Positions 26,434-40,400 are shown, numbered from the stretch's first letter. The stretch: DNA of 64,000 bases from Tubiluchus corallicola (GCA_030141605.1 JAQGDQ010000220.1:225786-289785); one strand, 5' to 3'. The notes: generated by a model not told the origin, from the letters alone. Translations and numbers: made by a program.

Positions 26434-29400
26434 TGACAAAATTACCACCAGACTTGGTACAGAATGTTGCTCCGTGTTTATATGCTACAATGACACCCGG
26501 CAGCTACACAAATCACTGTCTTCGCAGAGTTCGGTCATCATCAGTTTAGCTGAAAAAAATTAATAGCATTCAGATAAAGATTGCAACGCATTTAATGTGA
26601 AAGTTAAGACTGTGAACCAATAAAAACATTTTGACCTATTCGCACTTAATTCCACACTTAGACAGCTTTACAAGATCTAACACATCCTACTGAAAGTGGT
26701 GTAGCGCATGAACATATTGCAGTTAATACCAACAATAGAAAACTCACATATATGACAGGTTACAAAAACTTGTGGTGAAGCAAATTAGCAATAACTGAAG
26801 GCAATAGAAACAATCAAAGGATATAAGAAATTGTTTGCTATGAGCATGCTTTTGGAAACACAATACATAAAACACTTGTAAACATTGAATGTTTAAAAAG
26901 TACAATGCCTAGCCTACATTAAAGCAAAGTTTTACTATTTACTATACGGTGTACTTATCATGAAACTGTGAACTTAAACATAAACTACCAAACTACTTGG
27001 TTACCATTTGGATACAGAAACTGTCTTTAGATTCACAACAAATTAATTTCCTAAAAACTGTTAATTTAAGTGTGGTCTCATCCTCATGCCCTTTAAAAAA
27101 CGTTCAAGAATTCAAGAAAAGTATTTACACTTTAGAATCACGCTAACACCGCGTTTGCTTATTTTTTTAAGTTCAGCAAATGTGCGTTAGAACAGCCATT
27201 ATTTTCTACACATAATTGAGGTTTCGTCAAGGGTTCTGTAATTGAAACCATATGTTTACTAACACCGAGATCCAAATGCCATCATTCTACCATCAACACT
27301 TTTTCTCCTAAAGTAGCAACCCACAATACATTTTCAGCAAGGAAGTTTAGTGGCTAGCTGTCTAATGTACAGGTGCCAAAATGCTCTGATTCTTCAGCAC
27401 ATTATGGCAGTCATCAATCTTTATAATAAGAGCTGCACAGGCTTGCAAAATTGTTGAAGATGACTTGTATAATAACCAAATCAAATATTACTTCAAAGTA
27501 TTTCAGTAAAGATCCATAACAACCTGCCTGCAAAATATGTAAAGCAGATTAGGTCGCCATTTAAAAGAAAATATTACCCAATTTTATACCATACATTAAA
27601 AAGTTTTTTTTTTGGTCCACCGTCAAAATTATTGCTTAATTTACTATGACAGCATTTTACTTGCAAAAGTTGCATATTGTACTTTATCGTATCGATGTTT
27701 TGCAAAGTAACATGTTTTAATTACAATTAACAGCTGAAATACTCCATTTTAAATACCTTTTACTGAACATTACATTGATTTTTTTCGACACACTGCAAGT
27801 CTTAATCCAACACTTACTGGCATTGTCTACTCAATGTATGTGGCTATGGCAGGACTTTATTATTGAGGAAAGGCTTCTAATGTTAGATAACAAAGTATTA
27901 AATATGCTTAGCTACGTTCAGATGCATATATAGCCTTTCTCACTGAGGTATGGCAAATGAGCTGTTCTGAAGCATCCAACTTCTTGATGATCAGCCATCT
28001 ATTTATGAGCCAGGCTCAGCATGGCTTAACTGCGGTGGCTAGAATACAGAATGTGACTACTCAGCCATTTCTCACTTCAAAGGTATAAAAAATTCACGGT
28101 TATTTTTCCAAAAACGGAGTCTATGCATCCAGTAGTGTACTAGCTAGTGAGTCATGTCAACAGATACGAATATTAATTAATTTTCATTTTGTCGTACATG
28201 CTTAAGCAGAGGGTCCAGCGTAGGAAACACTTACATTACTGATTTTATGGCACAAAAGTCAAGAATTGTTTAGGAATGCAAAACCAAAAACAGGGAGCTG
28301 TGGATACTTCAGCGCAAAAATTCACTAAGTAGTAAATCATTCTTTGAGCTCCCCTTCTTTTCCTGATATTATGATCAAAATCATGACATACACACCATCA
28401 CCAAATACCTTCATTTTTAATAAGACAGTTAGAGTGAAGCTGTTAAGATAAGGCTCTGTGTACGCATACGGAGTGGTCCGTAATGCGTAAATGTGTATTG
28501 TCTTTTTCACATGTCCATATTAACAAAGCTCACAGTGTTCTTTCAACCAATTTTGGCTGCTGTTAATGAAAATTAGAAGTAATAGTTTTTAAAAGCCATG
28601 ACCCTGTCGAAATTTCAGCACAATAGTGATCAAGAAATAATAATAGTGGTGGTTATCGTTTTACTATTATATGGAAAAATTCAAAAGAAAGGTGGTGAAC
28701 ACTTTGCGGGGGAGAGAATAATACAGCACATATTACTTAGTGACGGAACTGCATCTTGTAGAACAATATAATTATAAGGTTCTTCACATGTCAAAAACTC
28801 TAATGGAATAAATATTACCGTGTGTAGGTCCTGATTCTCATGAAGTCACCAAAACTCACCTGACCACAAAGCCAATCAGCGAAAATGGTCACCGGCAACT
28901 AGAAAACTTGCTAAATCACCAAAGCATCCGCAGTTTCACATCTATGTACTGTTGCACGATATATATTCGGACAATAATGATCACATTCACATCAATACGA
29001 ATCACAAATCACATATCCATGGAAATATTTCCTCGTATTTAAATAGAAATTGTTATATACACACTATACATCTTGGATCATGCAATATGCATACTTGGAG
29101 TTCTACCCTAACCTTAATTAAGGATAATCCAGTATCAGCATACTGCATCCATATTACCTTCATAGAGGTTGCTTAACAAAGACATTACGGAGTTTAGCAC
29201 TATGGAGCAAGCTGTCATCACACATGGATAGAACCTAGAAAAAAACAGGTATATACATATAACTAAATTATTGCATTCAACATATTTTTTCATATTTATA
29301 TGTGAACAGATTATAGACACGTTAATTACTGTTTCAGCTGCTGGTAATGTTTGCCATTTAACTCGTTATGAATAGTCTAAGCTTTACTTTTTGAGCATTT

Positions 29401-30660
29401 TTAATCCATACTTGTATTGTTATTTTAAAGTGATTAAAACTTACATATGCTACAGGTTTTAACCCAAAAATTATAGATATTAAAGATAAAGAATTTTAAT
29501 TATTGCCAGCATGAATAGTTACTTTTTATCCTGATTTTCATCCCAAAAAATTATGATGTAAATAATTATTAAATGATACGTCAATAGTAAACTTGTATTA
29601 TTCTTATGCAAAATTTTGAAGTAACTGTACTAAACTGTTGTGAGCATCACATAATACTTATGAAGGCAAATATGAATTCATGTTGGCTCTATTATAATTT
29701 AAATCACAAGTATAAAGAGTAAAAAAGTCCCAGATGATCACAAATGCTATGCAATTTAGCTTTTTTTAAGAAGACTATGCTAGGATTTTTTTCTGCACTA
29801 CGTTGAACAAAATGCTACCGCAAGTTTTAGTGTATGGTTAAGTTATCAAAATAAGTTAGACATATTCTGAAACGTAAAAAGAGATTTGATTACAATTTTT
29901 GTAAGGTGTCATGCCATGATGTTATATTTTTAACTAGTAGTTATAAGCATTATTATCTTCTAAAATTTACGTTGATACTAGTTTTTTGCATCATAGTAAT
30001 GTAGTATATACTTTAAAATTAATATTTTGTAATCCTACTACTAGTACTAGAATATTTTGTTGTATTTTGTCAAATTTATAATTCTAAATAGTATTTCCTG
30101 TATTTCTTACGTTTATTGCTAATGTATACTGGAAGGGTATTTGTGCAAATAAACTGAATTGAACTGAATTCAAGGTTAGGAGTTTACCTGTACTTTGAAA
30201 ATTTGAACAGGGTAGCTGAATAAAAGTTAACTGTTTTATTAGGACTGCACAAGTAATCAATTCGAAAAGGGATGTAGTTCTAAAGAAGTGTCAACTTACA
30301 CAAGTGCCCCACGGGTAGCACTGCACACACTTACAGTGAATTAAATGCAGCTGGTACAACTATACAGCAAGCCAATTACTACACATCTTTACAAGTTACA
30401 ACTGTAAAAACTGAAATAACTTGGCTTGGCAAGCGAACGTGAAATATTGTACAATGAAACATGCTATTAGTGCAATAGAAGCGATTCAAATGGACAATTC
30501 GAAGTTGCAAAAATGCTACTACTCTATATTTAAATACAACTAACTTGAGCTAATAATGAAAAAACATTGGAAGAAAAGCAAGACAGCTTATGACAAAAAT
30601 ATCAAAATGTTCCTGTTTATTAGTGGCTTTCTGTTAATGCTGTAACATGATATGCCTCAC

Positions 30661-30860
30661 GGGGGATAATGGATCAGTATCAGTTATTGCTTTCTAAACC
30701 AAAAAAACAAAAACGTAAGCTGATCGCGAAATATAAATAATAATAAAAAGAAATTTCTGGTACAACAAACCGTACAAAATGGCGGAAAAGCAACATTACT
30801 GTACGCCATCTCGTGCGCACGACACAAAGCTTTTCTCGAAACTGTCGGCTTGACGTCATT
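30661..30860 (-). promoter_or_regulatory. Putative ash1 promoter / non-coding exon 1
   Basis: Local CpG enrichment, YY1-type motifs (AAAATGGCGG 30776-30785; CGCCATCT 30804-30811), CRE palindrome TGACGTCA near 30852-30859, and a minus-strand GTGAGG donor at 30660. Confidence 0.5.
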
Positions 30861-31113
30861 GATGATATCTTGCCCTCAGTTAAAACAGTCATTTTTGTAG
30901 AATCACGCTAACACACTCATATATATATATATATGTATATATATGTGTGTGTGCATTAACTATTATGCACTGTATATTATATTTAATTCACCTTTGCAGT
31001 TACCCCCTTCATTTTTGACTATTACTGGCTTTATTTTTGGTAGCCGTTCTCTAAGGAACCCAAAACTGGTTATATCAGATACTCATTCTCTAAACAACCT
31101 TTTTGAGGCGTTT

Positions 31114-31117
<4 letters not shown>

Positions 31118-31159
<42 letters not shown>

Positions 31160-31160
31160 T
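31118..31160. repeat. (TA)n microsatellite (a shorter TA/TG tract lies at about 30918-30952)
   Basis: Seen directly in the sequence. Confidence 0.9.
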
Positions 31161-32367
31161 AGAGAACAGCTGAATGTCGTTAAATGCGCCACTAAAGATG
31201 TTGTTTTTCACTTTAGATCAACCTTAAATCAGTGATCAATTAGTAATGATTTAACTACGAATAAAACAAAAATTAATTTGCTACCCTTCATGTCATGTAA
31301 CTGAACAGCACGTGTATCAGGTATAAACTGATGTACCCAATTTTCCAATTCGAGAGCCAAATGATTTTGTTTTTAATCATTTTGTGGTATTATTTATTTT
31401 AATGGGGTTTTACTACCTCCCACAGGAGTATTTGTAAGCCTACTACAATTTTGTTATGAATTGTAAGCACTCTTTTATTAAATTTTGCTTCTGTACAGTA
31501 AATTGGACATTAAATTTCTATGTGGTTTTATTGTAAGTCAGGTTCATTTAATATTAGAATTATAACGCTTATTATCAATTTTTGTGAACAAGCCTCTACT
31601 GGTTGTAATGCAAGATGGCGGCTCAAACTTTATATTAAACCCACAACTTGTTAGTGTTTCAATAAGGCATAAGAATAGCAGCATGTACAATATAAATGCA
31701 AAAGAATTCCTTAATTGAAATTCTGTTTGCAGTATGCCAAGCCTGTAAGTACTTCACTCCTTGCTACTCTGTTACAAGTCATGCAGATGGTACAAAAGGA
31801 TAATTTCACATTTATTTGCGATGTGCTAACAGTAGTGTATCAGAAATCATTATTTCCCATCAGAGCGTGTTTTTGTAAAAACTGTGAACAAAATAATGAT
31901 AGCAAATGACAAAACGAAAAGCTTTATTTTGGCAACGATTATTGACCTAATTGTATAATGAACAATAAATGCAGTGGAGTATGTAAATCTAAACTATTAT
32001 CAATCCTCAGTTCCAATGTGAGACAGTTAGAAATCACTGTTAAATGTGAAAACAAACAGCAAGAAATAGTGCTAGTTACAGGTCTAGAATTTGTCATTTT
32101 TCACATTCTGCTTATATTGCATGGAACAACGAAGACAGCTGACATTCGCTTCGATCGGCAATCAATATTCTAAAAATGGCACGCATTTCTAGTTTACCAC
32201 TAAAGACTTCAACGTCTCGTCTTATCGGCTAGTATTTTTAAACAGCAATGTACACTTTCTATTGTCTACACTAGCAATAGTCTATTTCTTTAGTTATTTG
32301 CAGGTTTAGTGCTTATAACATTACAATACCAGTAACAAAAACTTCACGTATCCATGTGCTTTACATT

Positions 32368-34463
32368 TTAACTTTTGCAAAAAATTTCATCATCATTCAG
32401 CATATCAAGTAAATCCAGCGGTTCGCTTTTTTCCTCCTGCAAATCGGACAAGAGTGGCGAACATGTCAAATGCTGCAAGCTCGACTCTGAGGGCGAGTTA
32501 AATGTCCCAAACGGTAGCTCTTTAGCCGAGCTGCTTGTTCTGCTCGGGGGTGTTAGGAGTTCAGATGGCGCACCTGAGCTGTGTATTTGCACTAACCCCG
32601 GGGAACGTAAGGGCATATCAGTACTGGATGAAATGTTGTCTGGCAAAAGAAAAACTTCATCACTTTCTGAAGAAAAATAGTCCTTGGGACTTTCAACATG
32701 TGCAACTGAATCAAGCAGTGATGGTGGTAAAGATTCATTTCCACGTTTAATACGCTTGCAGGGCTTTCCACCTACACTGTCAGTCCCGTCACTAGCTCGC
32801 TTGATCGCACGCTGTTTAGAGACGGCATCGGGGGACTTCAAGCTAGCCTTCTGAAAAAGTGCAGGCGTTAGGCCAGTTTCTTTAGACAGACGTCTAGTAA
32901 ATCGAACTGGAGTCATCTGAGAATTAACTTTCTGTTTTATGATCTTTTTAGAAAGAGACACATTGGCTTTGCCTAATCCAGAATTTATGCTTTTGGTTTT
33001 AAAATTATTGCTAATATCTTGCTTATTTCGTTTGAGAACTGCTATTTTGGGAAAAGAGTCATCTTTAAGCTCCATCTCCACAGGTTTTGTTTCAGAAGAG
33101 AAAACGGATTCGTGTTCCAATGACTTTTGCTCTCTATCATGGGATAACCCTTTGGATTTGACAAAATGTAGATTAGTCCATCGCCTCTTTTTCTCTGGCC
33201 AGTGATCCTTGAGTGTCTCCGGTGTCTTGCTTGATTCAGTCCGCAATTTTTGGGTCTCTGGAGTTACAGCAGGTGACCTTTTCCATCTAGTAGATCTAGG
33301 CGAGAAATTTGGATCTACAAAGATATTTTTCTGTTGACAATATCTAGTTGGTGCTAAATCATTTTCATTTTGAGCATTATTCTTAACTGTTCTATCAGAA
33401 TGAAAATGTCTACACGAAGGTGATTGTAAAATTTTTGTTTGCTGTTCATTAACAAGATTTTCATGATCTCTAACGCAGTTATGATGTGTTTTAATATCAT
33501 CACCACATTCTGCTATCTCTGGTTTTCTTTCCGTACGAAAAGTACCTGATGATGGCGAGGGGTGACTAGTCACTGTTTGTGTGTTGCACATGTTTATGGC
33601 ACTGTTACAGATGTTTTCAAGTGTCTGCTGGTTTTGAATAGTACAAACATCTTCTGACTGCTTTGACCTAGGCGACGTGAACAGTTTCTTCTGGGCCGAT
33701 TTGACTTTTACAGTACCATCAGATTTTGTGTCACATGAGACAATATCTGGTGCATCAGAATCATGCCTTGACTTTGTAGCTGACCTTGTCAGATATGATG
33801 AAGTGTTGGCATAGGATTTTGGTGGTGTATTTCTAGGACTTTTCACCACACAGCTGTCATTAGTAGAATTAATACCATTCATACCCTCAGTGGTATGGCT
33901 GTCATAAGCTTGAGCGAGACTAACTTCTTCTAACTGTTTTGGGCTTGGCGACGTAAACAGTTTCTTCTGGGCTGACTTTAGTTTTACAGCACTTTCAGAC
34001 TTTGCATGACATGAGACAGCAACATGCATAACAGACTCTTGCCTTGATTTTGTAGCAGATCTTGTTGAATATGCCGTAGTGTTGACATGGAAATTTGGTG
34101 ACGTATTTCTAGACAGACTCTTCTCTCCATGGCCACGATTAGTAGGTTCAACATGATCCATCCCTTTGTTGACTGGGACACGTTCCATTTCATCAGGCTT
34201 ATGTGGTGTGAGGAAGAGTCGTCCTCGTACTTTCCGCAGCCGAGGACTTGGAGTTTTCAAGCCCTTTGTGTTCATCGGACTAAATGCATTGAATAAGAAT
34301 GCCGCTGCCGACTTGCTTCGTTTTAGAAGCGGAACCTTCTTGCTCATGACATCTTGTTCTGCTTTTTTACAGTTTCTGGACATTTTGGTATCGCCACCCG
34401 CATAAAAAGATGATTGTCTACTTGCAAGAGGCATAGGCAGCTGACAGGATGACATGACTGCAT
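32368..34463 (-). CDS. TICRR: TICRR terminal exon (SP/TP-rich C-terminus)
   Basis: TTTTCAG acceptor at 34464 in phase 1, matching the upstream exon. Contains SSFY, many SP/TP sites and LTCSPLL near the end. TAA at 32368. Confidence 0.88.
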
Positions 34464-37400
34464 CTGAAAATAAAAACATGAATAGTATTACAGTATCAAT
34501 AAAAACAAGCAATAGATTGTAGATGAAACTCATTGCACTTTTTGTCCAAAAACAAAAATTTTTGGTTTCGGAAAATCCAGTCTTTTGGCGATTATTGCAA
34601 AAATTAAGGTAATGTTCACTTGTCCTAAAATAGCAACTTATGAAAGCCTGTGCATTAACTTTCCATAAACAAATCCCACTCTCTAAATTTGAAATGTAAC
34701 AAATATTGAAGTAACTCCATATTAAATTTAGCCAGACAGCATTTGGTAAAGAGGTACAGTTGCCCCGATAAGAAAGACATATTAGAGACTACAGTATTCC
34801 CTCACTTATGTCGGGTGTTCCGTTCCAGGTCCACCTGCAATAACTGAATTTCCGCGAAGTAGGGACGCTATACATTTTAGTAGTTATACATTATTTTAAG
34901 TCTTTATAAACCCATATGTACATGTACCTTTTAGGAAACTTTATTTAAGTGTTCATAAAAATGTTTTAAACGTAGATAGGAAATGTTAAAAATTTGATAT
35001 GATATCTTTGGCATCGGACGTAACTTCTACTACTCCCGCTGAAGGCGTAGGCGTAACAGATCTCTTCGTGCGAGTTATGACCATAGTTATCGGGAATTGC
35101 TGGCGCTGCTTCTTTGCCTGGGTGAACATTGTTTTGTATGCTGACATGGAACTGTCAATTGAATTTCTGAACCGCAAAGAACGAACCATACTTGAATCCC
35201 AATCTTCAGCAAGTTGCTGAAGTTCTTGAGCCTTTCTGATCAAGGTTGCAGGACGTTTAAACGTTACGCCAACCTCCTCCTCTTCCTCACTCCATTGTTC
35301 TTATTGCCCATCCTCTTCTTCACTTGCTGATTTGGTGAGTTCCTCCAGGTCTTCGCCGTCAATGGTTGAGTATGGACATCAAGTAGATCATTCACGTCTT
35401 CGGCAGTCATGTCACTAAAACCCTCTCAGCCCAGTACTATTGCCAGCCTCACAGCTTTATCGACTGCAGAATGATGAATTTCATCGGGAGAGGATCCCTT
35501 GTAATCGTGCACCATTTCTGGCCACAATTTTTTATCCGGCACACAAATAGTCTCATTTTTCATATCATTTATGACCGTCTGAATATTTTTCAGACATGAT
35601 GCAATCGTGTAGTCATGCCAGTACACCTTTAGCGAGAAGTCTTCATCCATGTCCATTGCTTCATATGAGGCTTTGCAGGCAATTTCTTGTGTAAAGCGCC
35701 TTAAAAGCGCGAATAACGCCTTGATCCATCGGTTGAATGAGCGATGTGGTGTTTGGCGGCAAGAATTCTGCCTGGACCCTATCATGCGTTATATCGACAG
35801 CATTGCCTCCAGCATTGTCCATTAACAGAAGTATTTTGAAGTCCATGCCTTTCTCTGCCAGATAAACCTTAACCTCAGGGATAAAGCACTGATGAAACCA
35901 GTCCATTGTGAAGATTTTCGATCACCACACCTTAGGGTTATGCATCCAGTGCACAGGCAACACATTCTTATTTTTGTTTTTTAGGGCTCTTGGATTTTTG
36001 GACTTATAAATAAGCCCTGGCTTTATCATAAAACCTGCAGCACTTCCACACATGATCAAAGTTACTCGATCTTTGTGAGCCTTAAAACCAGGGGCTTTGG
36101 CTTCCTCCTTCATTATAAAAGTGCAAGATGGCATCCTCTTCCAAAATAAGCCCGTTTCATCCATATTAAAAGCTTGTTCAGGTAGATAGCCCCTTCTTCT
36201 ATTATCTCTTTGAATGTGTTGTTCACGTAATCCTCGCCTACGGCTTTATCTGCAGAGGCAGCCTCTCTGTGCAGAGGAACACTCATTAAGTCCATAGCGC
36301 TTCTGAAATTTATCAAACCAGGCCTTGCTGGCACTGAATTGGCCTGATCTGGTGTGAGAAGCACTCGATGTCGACGGTCTGCTTCATCATCATTGTGTTC
36401 TCAACGTCATCGTTCTCTTCTTGTTCACAGCCATCTTGGTCCTCCATTTTTTCTGCCGGCGATCATAAAGTTGCTTGGCTTTAGTCCTTACGATGTTCGT
36501 TTCCAAGCAAATATTTTTTTACGGCAATCATTAATCCACAAGGCTAATGCAGATTCCATCTTCACGATCGCCTTATTAAGAGGAGTAAGCACCCTTTTTG
36601 CGGTCTTGTTGAAAATCACTGTTGCCGTAGACCTGATATCTTTCTCCTTCTTAATATAACGAACCGTAGATTCGTTGATCCCATAATGCCGGCCAACTGC
36701 AGCATACGATCTCCCTTCCTTCAGCATGTCGAGAAGCTCAATCTTCTGTTTTATCGTAAGCATCTTTCGCTGGTGCTTAGGTTCGCTGTCAGAAACCTTA
36801 GAAGTTGCAGAACGTTTGGGTGGCATTGTAGGGCTTGAATAAATTCAATCTCTAATGAAAATTTCACAAATAGCGTACATGAAAACTACGCAGACGAAAG
36901 CGTGCGCAAGTACTACATTTCGTTTTTGGTGCGTATTCATCTGCCGAATAAATACACTATTTACTGTAAATGGTAATTTTTTATGATTTATAATATTCTT
37001 TTAATGTTAGAATTAATATTTTTAATATATTTTTATACATTTTGTGATTTTTTATGCAAAATTCATCAAATCTATGTACATTACTGTACAATACGTACTA
37101 CGCATGTGCAGCTTTGAAAACCCGCGAGTCCCCGATAAATGAACCGCGAAGTAGCGAGTAAACACTGTATTGCAAAAAAGCATTTTCTACATTGACAAGG
37201 ATTGCAATTTTCAATTAAAATTACACTAAAACTCTGTACAACCACCATCATAATTGAGAATCATTATGCATTTAAAAGTCAGATCCAAATACAGTAATTT
37301 AAAATCCGTGCCTTTTGGAGCAAAAAAGGCTTTAAGTTTGAACCACACCCTACCCAAATGCCAAGTATCAACTACCAAGATTACCCCAAAGCCAAGAAAA

Positions 37401-40400
37401 AGCAGTGACAGACAGGAGACTACAGTGAAACACAGTCACAACAAGAACATATGCCGTATTAAAGCAACAGCGTAATAATTTGCTTCCTTTGTCGACGGAT
37501 GGCAACACAAACAAGAAATAAAGTAACAACTAGCATGTACTGTAGAGGTGCAACAAACCATTAGGTAGGTAGCAGCATCAACCAAATCCTGTCACACTAC
37601 TGATTTGATCTGATTTAGCAATAACTGAGAATGCATGTTACTGATGCGGTCAGAAAAATATATAATTATGTCTGATCAACAAGTGCAGCAACAATGCATC
37701 ACTTTAACCTGTTCATAGTTTGTTAATTTTGCAAACCCATGAGAATAAAACTTAAATTCTTTTTTATGGCCTAGCTGCAGAATCGAACTGGCAGCCACTT
37801 TGACAGAGAGTAAGCAAGTCGTTTTGCCAGCTCTCTGACAAGTCAATTACCTGGTTTACAAGGTGAGTCGTCAACAACAGCAAGGTTGGACTGCATTTGA
37901 GCACGTCTTCGTTGTCGCTCCTGCTTGTTCCAGACAACACTTTGTTTTTGCTTACGAGCTGGGGTATCGGCTACTGTCTTAGTCTTTAATACTGAAATTA
38001 AACTGCTACATAAATATGTGCCAAAAAAGAATGTTTAGTTTATTAACATGGAAATTTGTCGGTCACATGGTACTTTTATGGAAATGAGTAGAATCAACCT
38101 TATCAAGAAAATAATTATTAGCCCATGTTTTCTTTGAAGCTTGGGAAATTACATGAACCAGTGCCACTTTAGTTAGGCCACAGGAAACAAAATTCGAAAT
38201 CTAAACCATTAGAATGAAAAGCTAGCATCTTTTACTGTCCATTTTTGAGTTTCAAATAAGTAACTATATAACTATCACAGTAGGCTAAAATCCACCATTC
38301 TTAATACAATCAGTAACAAATACGATACAAATCAACTGCAGTGAAATAGATTCAAATAACGAGTTAACCTTCAGCGAAAACAAAATTTTTGTGACATTAA
38401 GCATTAAGTTTTAAACAAACAGTTAAAAATGAGGGGCTGGACCCAACAACAAAAATCACATCACCTTCCAGCAGGTGTAAGCATTCTCTACCAGAAAGCG
38501 AATTTAATTTAAATCGAATTTGTAACTTTCATATTCGGATCAAACTGAATTTCAGCATATTTTTCGTTTAATTTCGTTCAAATCAAATACGAACATTCGA
38601 TGCTCACCCCTACCACCTTCCAGTTACCACAACTGCTTCCCACTTGGAAAGTAAACACAAAATATTCAGTTAAAAACCATTTGTGCTACACGGTGCTCTT
38701 TTTTCAAACTCACAGCAAAGCAAGTTTGCGATCAAGAAACCATTAACTTTACCCTAAATTATGTAATCTATGTTACCTGGTGCATGTTTCCGCGGCGATT
38801 TCCTGGGACTTGACCTTCTCGGACTTAATTCACCAATTAGATTTCGTCGCACCCGTCTTATGATGCTTTTTTCTGCATCCATCACACGAACTACAAGAAA
38901 CATTTTTTATTGAACAAATAATCTTGTATGACCACTAACGCTGACACTTTGAATCAATGATCGGGTGTCTCAAATTTCTGTTGCTGCCTGTTCTTTTTCT
39001 TGCCGATAAAAGTGATGATTTCACAGAATACCGATAATATCACTAAGCAAAAATAATCAAGTGAAATTCGTTTGTACTACGACAGTATTTATCAACAATG
39101 GACATTCCTCTACAACAGACTTTACAGAATTCTGTATTGTACTGCTTCCAGGAAAAAACGACTACAGATAAAAGCAACTTGCTGGTGCCGAGTCAACGGA
39201 CGACAGTCAATGGAGACTTAGCTGAAACTAAGTAGGGAAACTGAGTTCAGATTCTTATTGCCACACTATTCTAAACGATTTTATCTAACTATGGAAATAC
39301 ATGATTTCAGCAATGAAGGACCACCAAATCAAGAAAACTACAGCAAGTTCACGCTTAATGACTCCCATTTAGCGACGTTTCATTTTAAAGATGCTGCACA
39401 TGTGACACCTTTTTCCCACTTAGCGACGCGCATTTCATTTTAACGACAACTTTTTACTTTGCTTAAAGCAATTTTTTATTTTAGCAACAACCTTTTTTTA
39501 CCTAATTTGAAGCATTAAAACAGTACAAGTTGCATTATTATGTTCTAGAAACATACTATAGTAACATAAAATAGTAAAAATGTGTTTTTGCTTCCCAACT
39601 GACTGCTAAATGTTAGCAATTTGTACCAAACAAGATTTATACTCCTCCAGACTCCTGGAGCAAACTCTATGCAAAGGAATTTTGCTTTAACCTGTTACTA
39701 TTGCAACCAGTATCTAGACAAAATTATCCTAAGGCAGCCCCGGGGCTTGGCTTTTAGTAAGCAGTGTTTAAATGCTAACTGTGTAGGGCTTCAACGTTAG
39801 AAAGAAATGCCACTAACTAGATATTAGTAAGAAATGATTGGTGGTTTCAAGCAAAGAGAAATAAATTAATCAGTAGACATGTGAATAGAACTCATAAAAC
39901 GGTTAATGTGTATGATTTAAGAACGTTGGTTTAGACCCCTGGAACCTATCTCAATTCTTTTACATTGCTTTCTGTGGAAGTCTTGGTTACGTTTAATGAC
40001 ATTTTGCTTGACGTCGTGTTTTGCGGGAACGCATTAGCATCGTTAAGCAAGGACTAACTGTATTACAGTAACACCCATCAAAATATGGTGTAACTCCTAC
40101 TGCATCCCTTCCTAGATGTGATGCCACAGCTGAAAATAGGTCTTCCTGTCAGAGTACGTCACTTTTAACAGAATTACATACAAAAATAATTAACAGTATT
40201 ATAGCAAAAATAAAAATAACACTGTTTTCCCCACCACCAATCACCTTTATAAGTTTCAGTGCTAAAAATTACCATACCAGCCTTATGACTCAAAATTGTA
40301 TTCTGACGACAGCTGGGTGATTTGAATGCACTAACTCTGCGTGTGTACTTGTCCTGCAAATTAAAGAATATCTAAAATACTGATAACAGTAAATAAACAA

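Noticed and set aside
29560-30170. Possible LINE 3' ends (AATAAA plus short repeat tails at about 30150, 6060 and 2200)
   Set aside because: The tails are suggestive, but I could not read any coding homology or define boundaries.
32375-34405. Plus-strand ORFs overlapping the TICRR last exon, and the 721-aa ORF's hydrophobic start as a signal peptide
   Set aside because: The plus-strand ORFs are antisense shadows. The first 23 or so codons of the 721-aa ORF are intron sequence upstream of the 34464 acceptor.
34986-36826. Domesticated TIGD/CENP-B-like gene
   Set aside because: Multiple frameshifts and retained TIRs indicate a decayed transposon.
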